From Malacoraja senta (taxonomy: Eukaryota), in the NCBI GenBank assembly GCA_038087875.1, contig CM075996.1, positions 7,876,001 to 7,940,000 of the forward strand: a stretch of 64,000 nt of DNA, given 5' to 3'. The notes below the pieces were generated by a model. It made no database searches, had not been told where the DNA came from, and was given only the letters and a program-made list of their open reading frames with translations. A program made the translations under genes and the position numbers. Shown in pieces: positions 12,665 to 25,642 of the stretch; the first letter of the stretch is position 1; each line of letters begins with the position of its first letter.

Positions 12665-13255
12665 TCAGAGGTAGACAAAAATGCTGGAGAAACTCAGCGA
12701 GTGAGGCAGCATCTATGGACGAAGGAAATAGGCAACGGTTCGGGTCAAAACCCTTCTTCAGACTGATGTGAGGGTGGGGTGGGGGGGGGGGGCGGGAAGA
12801 AGAAAGGAAGAGGAGGAGCCAGAGGGCTGAGGGAGGGCTGAGAAGGGGAGGGAGAAAGTAAGGACTACCTGAAATTAGAGAAGTCAATGTTCATGCCGCT
12901 GGGGTGCAAACTGCCCAAGCAAAATATTAGGTTGCTGCTCCTCCAATTTACGGTGGTCCTCACTCTGGCCATGGAGGAGGCCCAGGACAGAAAGGTCAGA
13001 TTCGGAATGGGAGGGGGAGTTGAAGTGCTGAGCCACCGGGAGATCAGGTTGGTTATTGCGGACCGAGCGGAGGTGTTTGGCGAAGCGATCGCCAAGCCTA
13101 CACTTGGTCTCACTGATGTAGATCAGCTGACACCTAGAGCAGCGGATGCAATAGATGAGGTTGAAGGAGGTGCAGGTGAACCTCTGCCGCACCTGGAAAG
13201 ACTGCTTGGGTCTTTGAATGGAGTCAAGGGGGGAGGTAAAGCGACAAGTGTAGCA
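12665..13255 (-). mobile_element. Penelope-like element, GIY-YIG endonuclease fragment plus pLTR
   Basis: FTCTSFNLIYCIRCSRCQLIYISETKCRLGDRFAKHLRSVRN...HPSGMNIDFSNFR. Confidence 0.88.
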
Positions 13256-14689
13256 TGTCTTGCTCTTTTGTCTATGCACTCTGTCTCTAACTGCTACCAC
13301 CTACCCATTGACCAGCTAACCTTGTTTACAACTTATCCCGCATGGTCATCTTAGGTTTACCCTGTCAGGGACACCCCCTCCCCACCAGATTCTTCTCTCT
13401 CTTTCCCAGTTTAAACAATTGCACAATGAGCGGTGGGTGTATGGAACGGGCTGCCGGAGGAGGTAGTTGAGGCTGGTACTATCGCAGCGTTTAAGAAACA
13501 TTTGGACAGGTACATGGATAGGACAGGTTTAGATGGATATGGGCCAGGTGCAGGCAGGTGAGACTAGTGTAGATGGGACATGTTGGTCGGTATGGGCACG
13601 TTGGGCCTGTTTCTACATTGCCTGAGTCTGTGACTAATTAAATCATTTTTTTGTATTTACGTCAACAATGAATGACTTTAAAATTCTATATAAAAAATAT
13701 ATAAATCTGCTGAAGTTTACCCCCACCCCTCAACGCTGTTTTCTCCCCCATTGAAAGGAATGGAGATCTCTGAGCTGGCACAGGGCCAGGAGGCAGAGGC
13801 ATGAGTGGAACTGCTGGAAAACCACAGGGCGTTGGTGTTCCACCACAAGACTCCAAGGAATGCGATGTTGGAGCCCTGTCAGAAAGATGGCTAGCAGCCT
13901 CTCAGTAAGCTGGAGGCTTCCACAGTTCCACGTGGCCTTCAGATGACATCCCACTGTCATCTGGCACTCCCTATAAAAATATTTGCACGAATGTTTTGTG
14001 GACTTGGTTTGTGTTATCTGGACTCTGTGTTCTCGTCCCATCCCTTGGTTTAATGACCACAGGTTGATCAGAGGTCAGGGAAAGGTTGGTGTAACTGCAA
14101 AAGAGGCAGGTAAACGGATGCATAAGGAATAGGAGTAGAATTAGGCCATTCGGCCCATCAAGTCTCCTCCGCCATTCAATCATGGCTGATCCATCTCTCC
14201 CTCCTAACCCCATTCTCCAGCCTTTTCCCCATAACCTCTGACACTCGTGCTAATCAAGAATCTATCTATCTCTGCCTTAAAAATATCCATTGACAGCCTT
14301 CTATGGCAAAGAATTCCACAGATTCAACACTGGAATTTCTCCTCATCTCCTTCCTAAAAAAACGTCCTTTAATTCTGAGGCTATGACCTCTAGTCCTAGA
14401 GTCTCCCACTAATGGAAACATCCTCCCCACACCAACTCTATCCAAGCCTTTCACTATTCTGTATGTTTCAATGAGGTCCCCTCTCTAAACTCCAGTGAGT
14501 GCAGGCCCAGAGCCGACAAGCGCCCATGCAGAGGGTAGTTCTGGAGCAGCCTCAGCTCTAACTCTTATCCATCTGTTTGGACCAGGACAGCAGGGAAGTC
14601 TAAACACTGTTCAAGGCATAGGTAACAAAACAAGTGGAGGGGGTAGAGAGTGCTAAGAAACGTTGTATGCATTGTGGATGACACAGTTA

Positions 14690-14915
14690 AGGGCCTGTCC
14701 CACTTTCACGACCTAATTCATGACCTCTGCCAAGTTTGCCCCTGAGTCATACTCGCAGCATGGTCGTCACGAGGTCGTAGGTAGGTCGTAGCGGCCGTGA
14801 TGCTAGTCGTAGGTACTCGTGGCATCAAGTAGGTCGGGGCGTTTTTCTAGCCTGATGAAAAGTGTCCACAAGTAAAAAACGTTGTGAATTAGGTCGTGAA
14901 CGTGGGACAGGCCCT
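14690..14915. mobile_element. PIF/Harbinger-type MITE
   Basis: TIR AGGGCCTGTCCCAC, TSD TTA. Same subfamily as 23767-23969 in the opposite orientation. Confidence 0.85.
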
Positions 14916-14984
14916 TTAGAGGAACAGACACTGTTCTCTGCAGCAAAGACAGAGTCCTGATACCAAGAGTAAAGATTCACTTAT

Positions 14985-15370
14985 CAATCAATCAATCAAT
15001 CAATCAAAACTTTATTGTCATTCAGAAATACATCAATAAATGCAATTCTGAACGAAATTTTGTTGCATCTGGCTCCCCGTGCACCACAAAATAACAGAAG
15101 GATAAAATGGGTAAAATGGCTAAAAAGATAAAATGGATAAAAAGATAAAATAGATAATAGTGGCGGCCCATTATCTGGCATTCAAGAGTCTGATGGCTCG
15201 GGGGAAGAAGCTGTTGCAAAACCTGGCCGTTCTGCTCCTTATTCTTTTGCCCGAGGGTAGCAGAGTGAACAGTCCATGATGGAGATGTGTGGGGTCCTTT
15301 ATAATATTGCTGGCCTTAGACAAGCAACGTTTGCACACAATGTCCCCGATGGGGTGGGGAGGGACATTTT
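14985..15370 (-). mobile_element. Rex1/Babar-type LINE 3' fragment with (ATTG)n tail
   Basis: KRCLSKASNIIKDPTHLHHGLFTLLPSGKR...NSFFPRAIRLLN. Confidence 0.75.
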
Positions 15371-16194
15371 GGAGTGCTGATTTAGTTGTCGGGGTCCGCC
15401 TTGGCATGTGGGACATAGGTAAGACGAGGGAGGTGGTTTTACTGAAGAAGGGATTATAGTTCTGGCAAATTGTAAAGCAGCACCACTTGGGTAATACTTC
15501 CTGCCTGATGCATATGACAGAAGGTAAATAATATTAGAGAAATAAACGTACAGCGCAAAGCCTGATGTGAGAGAAATAGGTTTTGTTTTACAGGTCACTT
15601 AGCACCAAGACTGAGGAAAGTGAAGCAGTGCCACTAGGATGGGCTTCATTTCAATCATGCTGGCATTTTGCATCGTTAGTGATGTCGAACAGGCTTTAAA
15701 ATAAACGAAGGAGAAGTTCTCGTGATAGTTTAGTTTAGTTTAGAGATACAGAGCGGAAACAGGCCCTTCTGCCCACCAAGTCTGCGCCGACCAGCGATCC
15801 CCGCACATTAACACTATCCTACACACACTAGGGACTATTATAATTATACCAACCCAATTAGCCTACAAAACTGTACGTCTTTCCAGTGTGGGAGGAAACT
15901 AGAGATCCCGGGGAAAACCCACGCAGGTCACAGCGAGAACGTACAAACTCCTTACAGACAAGCACCCGTAGTCAGGATCAAACCCGGGTCTCTGGCGCTG
16001 TAAGGCAGCAGCTCTACCACTGTGCCGGGTGGCTAGGAAGCTGATAGGGGCTAATAGGAAGCTTAATAAATAAAAAAGTAATGGCAGAGAGCAGTGGCAG
16101 AGAATAAACATTCAAGCCGTAACAGGTAGAGGCAAAAAATAAGCAAAAGTGTGTGACAGAAAGCAATTAGAAATTGTAAAAAGTAAAAGTTTAA

Positions 16195-16515
16195 TGGGCC
16201 TGTGCCACTTAGGCGATTTTTTCGGCGACTGCCGCCACCCGTCATAGGTCACCGAAAATTATCAACATGTTGAAAATTCAGCGGAGACCAGAAAGACGCT
16301 ACGACTCTTTGGGCGACTGAGGAGCCTACTCGCGACCATACAGGCGACACCCTGGCGACATGAAGCCTGTATGATCGTGAGTAGTCGCCCAAAGAGTCGT
16401 ACTTTGTTCTGGTCCCTGCTAGATTTCAACACGTTGAAAATTTTCGGAGACCTGCTGCGACTATGACGGGTGCCGACAAGTCGCCGGAAAAAATCGCATA
16501 AGTGGGACAGGCCCA
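16195..16515. mobile_element. PIF/Harbinger-type MITE
   Basis: TIRs TGGGCCTGTGCCACTTA and TAAGTGGGACAGGCCCA, TSD TAA. Confidence 0.85.
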
Positions 16516-18846
16516 TAAGGCTTTTTATTTGATATCATGAGACATTTCTAACAAGGTAAATGATTGATGGCACAATTAGAAATACACAAGTTTGATTTCA
16601 TTGGTATTACTGAGACCTGGTTGCAGGTTGACCAGGGCTGGGAACGTTTTTTTTCCTGGAATACAGTGTTCTAAAAGAACGGGCAAAAAGATAAAGTTGG
16701 ATAGTATTGTTAGTTCATGAATGTATTGACCGGACGGTGAGTAATGATGTAGACGTAGTGGATTGTGATGTGAAATTGGTTTGAGTTGAAATTAGTAGTC
16801 TATAGGCAGCCCCTCTCCCCCAAATTGTTGCCACCTCATGGGACAAAGTGGAATATGAATTGTAGTTTATTTCTTACGTGCCTTTGTTAATTTTAATAAA
16901 TCATTTTAATTTGCACATCGTTTGAACAAATCAAAGCAGCAAGGGGAACATGGAAGAGGAATCTGTGGAGTACATCAAGGATTATTTCCTACAGCAATGT
17001 AAAGAATATGTTACCAAGGAACAGATTATTTTAGATTTAGTCACATGAAATGAGGTAGAATTAATAAGGTATCTTGTAGTTAAGGATCGCCTAAGGACAG
17101 CGATTTCTGTGTTGATGGTCCAAAAAAAGTGGCCTCAACTTAAATAAGGACACTTATAAAGCCATGAGGAAGAATAGTAAAGTAAATGTCAATGGATGTG
17201 CAGTGGCTGATATTTAAGCAGCCATTTTGTAACATTTAGCAGAAATCTGAGGAGGCATTTCTTTATTCAGAGGGTGGTGAATCTGTGGAATTCTTTGCCA
17301 CAGAAGGCTGTGGAGGCCAAGCCAATGGATGTTTTTAAGGCAGAGATAGATTCTTGATTAGAACGGGTGTCAGGGGTTATGGGGAGAAGGCAGGAGAATG
17401 GGGTTAGGAGGGAGAGATAGATCAGCCATGATTGGATGGCGGAGTAGACTTGATGGGCCGAATGGTCTAATTCTTCTCCTATCCCCTATGACCTTATCGC
17501 AATTAGAAAGAAGAACTCAATGAGAAAGATTAGCCATCTGTGGTTAACAAAGGTCAGAAAAATGATAAATTAAAATCTAGACAATGTGACTAAAGCTAGG
17601 AATAGTCAAGACTGGCACTTTTAAGGAACCAGCAACGAGAAACCTTTTTGGAGTTTGGAAGAACAAGGGGGTCATTTTAATGACAAATCACATCCAAGGG
17701 AGCACAACAGTGTAGACGTCTGAAGAAAGGTCTCAACTCCAAACGCCACCCATTCCTTCTATCCAGAGATGCTGCCTGTCCCGTTGAGCAGCTTTTTGTG
17801 TCTATCTTAGATATTAAGGTATTTCCATAAATGAGAATGTCTCAAACAAGGAATGTTTCAACAAGATACGGGTGGTGGGCGTATGGAACGAGCTGCCAAG
17901 AGGAGGTAGTTGAGGCTGGGTTCAACATGTAAGAAACAGTTAGACAGGTACATGGATAGAACAGGTTTGGAGGGACATGGGCCAAACGCGGGCAGGTGGG
18001 ACATGTTCCAGTGTAGCTGGAACATGTTGGCCGGCATGGGGAAGTTGAGCCGAGGCCCAAGTGGAAGTTTCCACACTGTATCACTCTACAGGGGCAGTCA
18101 TTCAAATCTGAGGCCATCAGAATTTCTTCACACAGAGGGTAGTGAATCTCTGGAATTCTCCACCTCAGAATTTGTGGGAATGAGATGACTTGAGGTATTT
18201 GAAGAGAAGGAACATATACTTTTGAAAGATCAGGCTTGACTGGTGCAAATGAACCATGAAAAAAGTGAATGGAGGGGCAGGCCCATGGGCTGAAATTGCT
18301 TTTAAAATATGGGGGGGGGGGGGGGGGAGGGCAGGCCCGCCCGTCATACCCAGTATTTCCACCCATGGGCAGGCCTGCTATTGCTCCTGTCTTCTTGCCT
18401 TAATGTTGGTGGTTAAAAAAGTGAAAGAATGTCATAAGATAATCTCAGCAGAAGGAATTTTTTTAATGAAAGGGATAGTTTGAGGACGCAGACAAAGACG
18501 GAGGCACACACATACGATGGTTGGCGTGGATCCGGTGGGCCGAAGGACCTATTTCCACACTGTATCTGTAAAAACTAAAAAACGATCTCACCTTTCAAAA
18601 CATTTTATGATCTTAAGACTAGCAGAAATCGCTCGTTGAAATTTCTGTTTGGCTTGTCCCACTGAAGCGCCACATCCTGTCTCCACTCTCAACACTAGCT
18701 TGCAATTATACATGACCGTGAACACAGCAAGAGAGTTCAATGCATTGACAAGAATTGGATCAGAGACAGTCCAACGCCAAACCGCACTGGCAGATATTAG
18801 GACAAGTGATCACAACCATATTCAAAGAGCTTAGTTTTAAAGAATA

Positions 18847-19663
18847 CTAGACCAAGTGCAGACCCGTTGGGTCTGGTCCCCGAATGTGCTTCAGACCCCG
18901 GGGTCCGGTTCCCGAACGTGCTTCAGCGTCTTGATGGCGTAGACAGCGTCTGGAAGGCCGTATGCAGCGTCTTGACGTCGTACGCAGCGACTTGACGCCG
19001 TACGTAGCGTCTTGACGGCGTACGCAGCGTGTTGACGGCGTAGGCGACGTAAGCCGTCAAGACACTGCGTACGCCCACAATGGGGCTGCGGGCCGACAGG
19101 CCGTTGACGCGCCGGCTCTATCACGCTGGCTGAAGGCAAAGATGGGTTGTTCCGCCGCTGCTTTTCGGCGTCCTCGGACAGAGGACGGCGAAAAGCAGCG
19201 GTGGAAGAGCCGATGTTTGGCTTGAGCCAGCGTGAGAGAGACGGCCCGGGGGGCGGGTGTAATGGAGGAGAGCCGGGCGGCAGCTGCGAAAATCGCCAGC
19301 GAAAAAATAAAAATGTCGTGGCTTGAGCCAGCGTGAGAGCCGGCCCCGGGGGGGGGGGGGGGGGGGTAGTGGAGGAGAGGCGGGCGGCAGCAGCTAAAAT
19401 CGCCAGCGAAAGAAGAAAAATGTCAGCGTTTTTGGAGCAGAGCCAGGCAGCAGCAGCCGTTATGGTGGCTGGCCAGCAGGAGGCGACAAAATGACTGAGT
19501 GGGGGGGGGGGGGGGGGGTGGATTTTATTTTAAAATGTGTACATAAAAATGTCTAAATCTAATAAGGAGTTTTCGCATGTGGTTTTGGCGGAGCAAGGAA
19601 TCAAAGGCCAAATGTGACACCCACAAAGACACACACCCACACAGAGTTTTAATAGTATATAGA
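18847..19663 (-). mobile_element. Non-autonomous Helitron
   Basis: On the minus strand it starts A|TCTATATACTATT and ends with hairpin CAGACCC-AAC-GGGTCTG followed by CTAG|T. Inserted between A and T with no TSD. Confidence 0.85.
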
Positions 19664-19901
19664 TATATTAAGTTTAGTGAAGGAAGGAACTGCAGATGCT
19701 GGTTTAAACCGAAGTTAAGACACAAAATGCCGGAGCAACTCAGTTGGACAGGCAGCATCTCTGGATAGATGGAATGATAGAATCTCTGGAGGGATGGAAT
19801 TGGTGACGTTTTGGGTTGTGACTAGGAGTCTGAAGAAGGGTCTCGACCCGAAACGTCACCAATTCCTTCTCTCCAGAGATGTTGCCTGTCCTACTGAGTT
19901 A

Positions 19902-20201
19902 TGGCCCTGTCCCACTGTACAAGTTCATTCAAGAGTTCTCCCGAGTTTGCCCTGATTCGAACTCTGAGAGTAATGGCCGCTCGTAGGTACTCGGGGCTCT
20001 CGTGGACATTTTTCAACATGTTAAAAAATCTTCACGAGTCTTCCCGAGTTTACCGCGTTTCCCCGAGTACCTGCCGCTAGCATTACGAGCCACTAAGAGA
20101 CGTCCCGAGCTCCAACGTACCTGCTATGTACATTCTACGTGTTTCCACAAGTTTGATTTTTTTTTTAAACTCGGGAGAGCTCGTACAGTGGGACAGGGCC
20201 A
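19902..20201. mobile_element. PIF/Harbinger-type MITE inserted into a Penelope-derived repeat
   Basis: TIR TGGCCCTGTCCCACTGTAC, TSD TTA splitting ctgagTTA|ctccagc. Confidence 0.85.
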
Positions 20202-20505
20202 TTACTCCAGCATTTTGTGCCAATCTTAATCTTAGTGAAGACGGCCTTTTGGTCGAAGCCCCACAAGGTGTAACAATAAAAGTGGGAATGCATATATGGC
20301 CAGAATTGGAAAGTGGTGACGCACAGCTAGAGAAGGTTATATGGACAGTAACATCCACATAATCAAGTCATTTTTATTTTTGCAAAAGTTCTGATGTCAA
20401 TCAATCCTTACTGCTAATGATAAAAACATAAAGCATTGAAATCTGACAGTGTTTCCCGGAGATTTAAGATAGATCAGCATGAATGAACTGCCGTGTTTGA
20501 CTTAC

Positions 20506-20757
20506 CGGATGTCTCCCACATAATGCGTGGCCCAAGCGAGCCGTAACCGGGAGCGACTCACGGCGTGGATGAAGTTGGTCACTCCGACAATGTTGTCGGC
20601 CGTCTCCAATGCCGCATTGCCCCGACCGAGGATGAGCACCGATTGCCCAACAAAGTCGGTCGGATCCACGGAAACATTCTCGTAGCCCTCCACGTGCTGG
20701 GAGCCTGGGAAATCGGGCACGTTGGGGACCCACACTCCAGTTGCCACCAGCAGGACG
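20506..20757 (-). CDS. FOXRED2: FOXRED2 second coding exon (252 nt)
   Basis: (S)[84 protein letters not shown]. Acceptor ctccttcCAG, donor CG|GTAAGT, phase 2-2, in frame with the neighbouring exons. Confidence 0.95.
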
Positions 20758-21702
20758 CTGGAAGGAGAGAGGGAAACAAAAACCGACGGCAAGGCATGAG
20801 AGGAGGTAGAAACCACGTGAACCCGCCTGGCAACCCCCAGACCTGGGGCGGCGCGGTGGCGCAGCGGTAGAGTTGCTGCCTCACAGCGCCAGAGACCCGG
20901 GTTCGATCCTGACTGCGGGTGCTTGTCTGTACGGAGTTTGCACGTTCTCCCTGTGACTGCGCGAGTTTTCTCTGGGAGATTCGGTTTCCTCCCACACTCT
21001 AAAGAATTACAGGTTTGTAGGTCAATTGGCTTGGTAAAATTGTAAATTGTCCCGAGTGTGTGTAGGATAGTGTTAGTGTGCGGGAATCGTTGGTTGGTGC
21101 GGACTCGGTGGGCCGAAGGACCTGTTTTCTTGTTGTTTCTTTAAACAAAGAACTTGGCAATCCAATTTAGCACCTAGTCCTTGTCTGTCCTGGTGGAAAG
21201 CACCTTCAATGGTCAGGTCAGTGCTCAAGGTCCATACATCAAGGACCAACAGCAGCAGTAACAGTTCACTGCAATACAAACTTGGAATAGCCTTAATTTA
21301 ACTGTGTGGTATAAATTGCACACAAAAAAAAAAGCTTTCTCTGTACTAGAGATAATACATCCTGCAACCCTGAGCCAGATAGAATACATCTGATAAACAC
21401 AAAAATGCTGGGTCAGACAGCATCTCTGGAAGCTTAGAAGGGTTCTGACCCAAAAAGTCTCCTATTCTTTTTCACCAGAGAAAAATGCTGATGCTGACCC
21501 GCTGAGTTACTCCAGCATTTTGTGTCTGTCAGAGGTATACACCAGCATCTGCAATTCCTTCCTATACAGGATAATAGGTGCAGTCAGCTGGTCACTGATC
21601 CCCTTCTAATCTCTCAGCTTCCCTAGTGTAACCTTGTTCAGTTTAAACCTCCTACTGTACACCTCAGATCCAAGCTCATCTGTCCTTGCTGTGATAGAGT
21701 AA

Positions 21703-22219
21703 AGGGGCTGTCCCACTTGGGCGACCTAATTGGCGAGTTTAGAGGAGTTTAGGAGAGTTTGAAAAAATGTCATGTTGAAGACCTACTTCGACTATGTTGA
21801 AGACCAGCTTCGACTAGCTACGAATAACTTCGGGAAAATTGGACACCGAATAGTGGAGAGTGAAGACGACCTCCTTCGATCTCCTTCGACCTCCCTTCAA
21901 CTATGATGAAGACTATCTACGACTACCTTCAACTACCTTCGATTACCTACGACTAACATGCAGACCTACTACGACTAAACCTACGAGTAAAAAAAGTATT
22001 GATTTTTTCCATGGCGACCCTTTTTTACTCGCGGGCATTTTTCAACATGAAAAATACACCGCGACCTAGCTGAGGCCTCGAGTACGCGGGGACCACTCTC
22101 GAGCATGAAGGAGAGTTACGAAAACCTCCTATGACCTTGTGTCGACCATGCTGCGAGTATGAGTCGAGGGCAAACTCGCCAGAACTCGCGGATTAGGTCG
22201 CCCAAGTGGGGCAGCCCCT
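21703..22219. mobile_element. PIF/Harbinger-type MITE
   Basis: TIR AGGGGCTGTCCCACTTGGGCGACCTAAT. Paralog of 2809-3312. Confidence 0.8.
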
Positions 22220-23766
22220 TCAGGCCTTAACACAGGCCCTTTAAGCCTCATTCACCCCTATTTGGGTGACGCCCAAAAATAGTGCAGGCATTTGTATGGG
22301 CCTTGAGCACTGGTAGAACCAAGTTAGATTCTGGCCCCGCTGCACAAACTGGGAATGTAACCAAATTGGCACTCAGTACAACACTGATTGAAAGCTGCAC
22401 AAAAGTGTTGTCTTTCTGATGAGACGTGGAACTAAAACCATCTGCCCTCTCGCTGGATGTAAAGATTAACTCTGACGTTTCTTTTAATAAGAGCAGTTAA
22501 TTTGTTCCTGATGTCCTGGCTGACACTTACGTTCTGTAACTAATAACACTAAAACAAACAGCATTTGTTCATCATCATATTGTTATTTGTATGAACTTGC
22601 TCTGCACAACTGCCTTCTATATTTCCTATTTTGGCAACATTTTGAAGTGCACTGGATGCCCTTAGCGAGTTTCATCAATTCAAACTTGTTCCTCCCCATG
22701 AGCTGAGGGGAAAGGAGATAGAAACATTGTTCGGAGCTCCCACTCTTGATCGGTAACATGGCAAAAGGTGCAGGAAGGAACTGCAGATGCTGGTTTGCAC
22801 CGAAGATAGACACAATTTGCTGGGTTTAACTCAGCAGGTCAGTCAGCATCTGGGGAGGACAGGAATAGGTGATGTTTCCCAAAAGGAATATGTGACATCA
22901 TCTATTCCTTTTCTCCAGAGATGCTGTCTGACCCACTGAGTTAAACCAGCATATTGTGTCTATCTTCGATGACATGGTAACCTTGTTAAGCACAAACACA
23001 GGGAGCTGAGACAATCCATTCCGAGTGGTCACTGCCTCTGCAGTCAATGTCAAAGAGTTACGCCTGTGTTGGCCAACAGATAAACAAGAACGCATCAAAC
23101 TGCCTATTTTGAATCAAATAAAAGAAGCAGTAAAGGGCGTTTAAGTGAAGAAGTGACCCAATGGAATATTTTTAATGTAGAGGTAGATAGGTTCTTGATA
23201 GGCTGAAATACAGAGCTGAGGGTACATTCAGATCAGCCAGGAGCTTACGAAATGGTGGAGCAGGTTTACGGGGGCCTATTTAGTTTAGTTTAGAGATACA
23301 GCGGGGAAACAGGCCCTTTGGCCCACCGAGTCTGCACCGAGCAGCGATCCCCGTCCACTAGCGCTATCCTACACACCGGGGTCAATTTACAATCTTTACC
23401 TAAGCCAATTAACCACAAACCTGTACACCTATGGAGTATGGGATGAAACCTGAGCACCCGGAGAAAACCCACACGGTCACGGGGATAATGTACCAGCTCT
23501 GTACAGACAGCACCCGGCTGAGGATCGAACCCTGGTCTTTGACGCTGTACGGCAGCAACTCTGGTGGTTGAATTTTGAACCTGAATTTTAGGAACTTGGA
23601 AAGTTCTCCCTGGAATAATTTTAAAAGGGAACTAGACAGCTACTTGAAGATAAAGAATACAAGTTACAGATAAAAACTAAGGGAGAGATCTTAGAAAAAC
23701 TGCTCTTTCTCAAGTCGGACAGGGCAAAGAGTCCACATGGTCTCCTTGCTTCTTTAGAGTCTGTTT

Positions 23767-23969
23767 AGGGCCTGTCCCACTTTCACGACGTAGTTCACGA
23801 CCTTTTTTACTCATGGACATTTTTCATCAGGCTAGAAAAACGCCCCGACCTACTTGATGCCACGAGTACCTACGACTAGCATCACGACCTACCTACGACC
23901 ATGCTGCGAGTATGAGTCAAGGGCAAACTCGGCAGAGGTCGTGAATTAGGTCGTGAAAGTGGGACAGGC
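23767..23969. mobile_element. PIF/Harbinger-type MITE
   Basis: TIRs AGGGCCTGTCCCACTTTCACGAC and GTCGTGAAAGTGGGACAGGC, right end clipped. Confidence 0.75.
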
Positions 23970-24648
23970 TGAGTTCAGTTTAACAGCAAACTACAGGAAA
24001 CAAATGCATAATACTTCACGATGCTGCAAATGTGAAACTAAACAGAAAATTATACAATTCTCAACAGATCAGGCACAGTCATAAGAGAAACAGTTAACTT
24101 TGACCAGGTCAATTGCCTATTCACAGCACAAAACGTTAACTCTCTCTATGGATACCGTTTGATCTGCCCGGGTTATTTCCAAATTATTTTGGTTCCATTT
24201 CACTACAGGAGCCTGTCCACAGGATGCATTCAAAATGAATAGGAAGGAACTGCAGATGCTGGTTTAAAATGAAGATAGACACAAACGGCAGGAGTAACTC
24301 AGCGAGTCAGGCAGCATCTCTGGAGAAAATAAACAGGTTTCGGACACCTGTTCCTTTTCTCCACAGATGCGGTCTGACTCGCTGAGTTACTCCAGCATTT
24401 TGTGCCTATCTTCGTATTTACAATGAATATCCATAAAGCTGATAAAGTTCATGATCAAAACTACAGCAACATCTACTGGGTAAAAGCTAAAAGTGCTGCT
24501 CTAAGTGACGGTGGACAAAAATGCTGGAGAAACTCAGCGGGTGAGGCAGCATCTATGGAGCGAAGGAAATAGGCGATGTTTTGGGTCGAGACTCTTCCAG
24601 CTCTAAGTGACAGCGATTTGTATCTCCACTTGAGTAATTGGATAATTA

Positions 24649-24965
24649 AGGGCCTGTCCAACTTACACGATTTTTTCGGCGACTTGCTGGCACCCGTCAT
24701 AGTCGCAGCAGGTCGCCGAAAATTTTCAAAATGTTGAAAATCCTGCGGCGACCAGAAAAAGGTACGACTCTTTGGGCGACTACTCACGACCATACAGGCG
24801 TCACGTGTCGACATGTCACGGGGTGACGCCTGTAAGGTTGTGAGTAGTCGCCCAAAGAGTCGTACCTTTTTCTGGTCACCGCTGGATTTTCAACATGTTG
24901 AACATTTTCGGCGACCTGCTGCGACTATGACGAGTTGCCGAAAAAATTGCGTAAGTGGGACAGGC
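24649..24965. mobile_element. PIF/Harbinger-type foldback MITE
   Basis: TIRs AGGGCCTGTCCAACTTAC and GTAAGTGGGACAGGC. Related to 16195-16515. Confidence 0.75.
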
Positions 24966-25109
24966 TTGGTCAAACGTTCTGGCAGGGAACAGGAAGGTCA
25001 CAGTATGCAGCCTGGACTAAGAATAAATATAAAGGACCTGGAATTAGGCAGAAACTACCTGGTGCCATCAAAAGATGGCGCTGTCTCAGGTAATAATGGT
25101 CTTACATAC

Positions 25110-25642
25110 CTGCACCTGTAATGATGGTCATTCTGATCTGTCAGAAAGAAATGATGCCCATTCCAAGCCTCGGAATCCCTTTCAACTTCGATCCTCTTTA
25201 TCTCTGTGTTGTACTGAACCTTCAGCGCAAATATTCTAGTGAAGTCGTTCAAGTAGTGGACCATGGTGTCAGCGTGGGGGAAGAAATCTTTGGAGTAGTG
25301 CTTGTACAGCAGGTTGTCATCATGGCCGAGCAGTGAGTTCCAGTCATGGCGGAGGTTAAACTCTTTGTTCTGTTTCCCGGTATAACGCTTGTTGATGCTG
25401 ATGAGTTTCCGGTGGCGGGGGTACCGTACAAAAAAGCTCCCAGAGACATCACTACGCTCAAAGACCAGATATTGTCTGTGGGACTGCTGCAGAAAGTAAG
25501 CAATCTGCAGGCCACCGGGTCCGGCCCCGATCACACAGTAGTCGAGGTGCAGGAAGTTTGATGGTTCGGCTCCACACAAAGAGGCAAGGACAACACTGGC
25601 CACAAGTGTGCCGAGGGTAGAACTCGCCCATGATGCTGGCAT
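25110..25642 (-). CDS. FOXRED2: FAD-dependent oxidoreductase domain-containing protein 2, first coding exon (signal peptide plus Rossmann GxGxxG)
   Basis: Translates [27 protein letters not shown]...[19 protein letters not shown]...[33 protein letters not shown]...[12 protein letters not shown], which I recognise as FOXRED2. Acceptor tttcatttccAG puts the exon start at 25668 (26 nt of 5' UTR). Donor AG|GTATGT at 25110, phase 2. Confidence 0.95.

Noticed and set aside
13730..14100. Extra FOXRED2 exon in unique-looking intronic DNA
   Set aside because: The flanking exons already join in frame (GDIR|AVNNG) and the translation shows no FOXRED2 similarity.
18925..19060. CRISPR-like or regular repeat-spacer array
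   Set aside because: Degenerate head-to-tail tandem units without unique spacers, inside a Helitron in vertebrate DNA, with no cas genes.
20846..20925. tRNA gene
   Set aside because: The tRNA-like head runs straight into SINE body and tail and recurs in more than 12 diverged copies. No complete cloverleaf or terminator.
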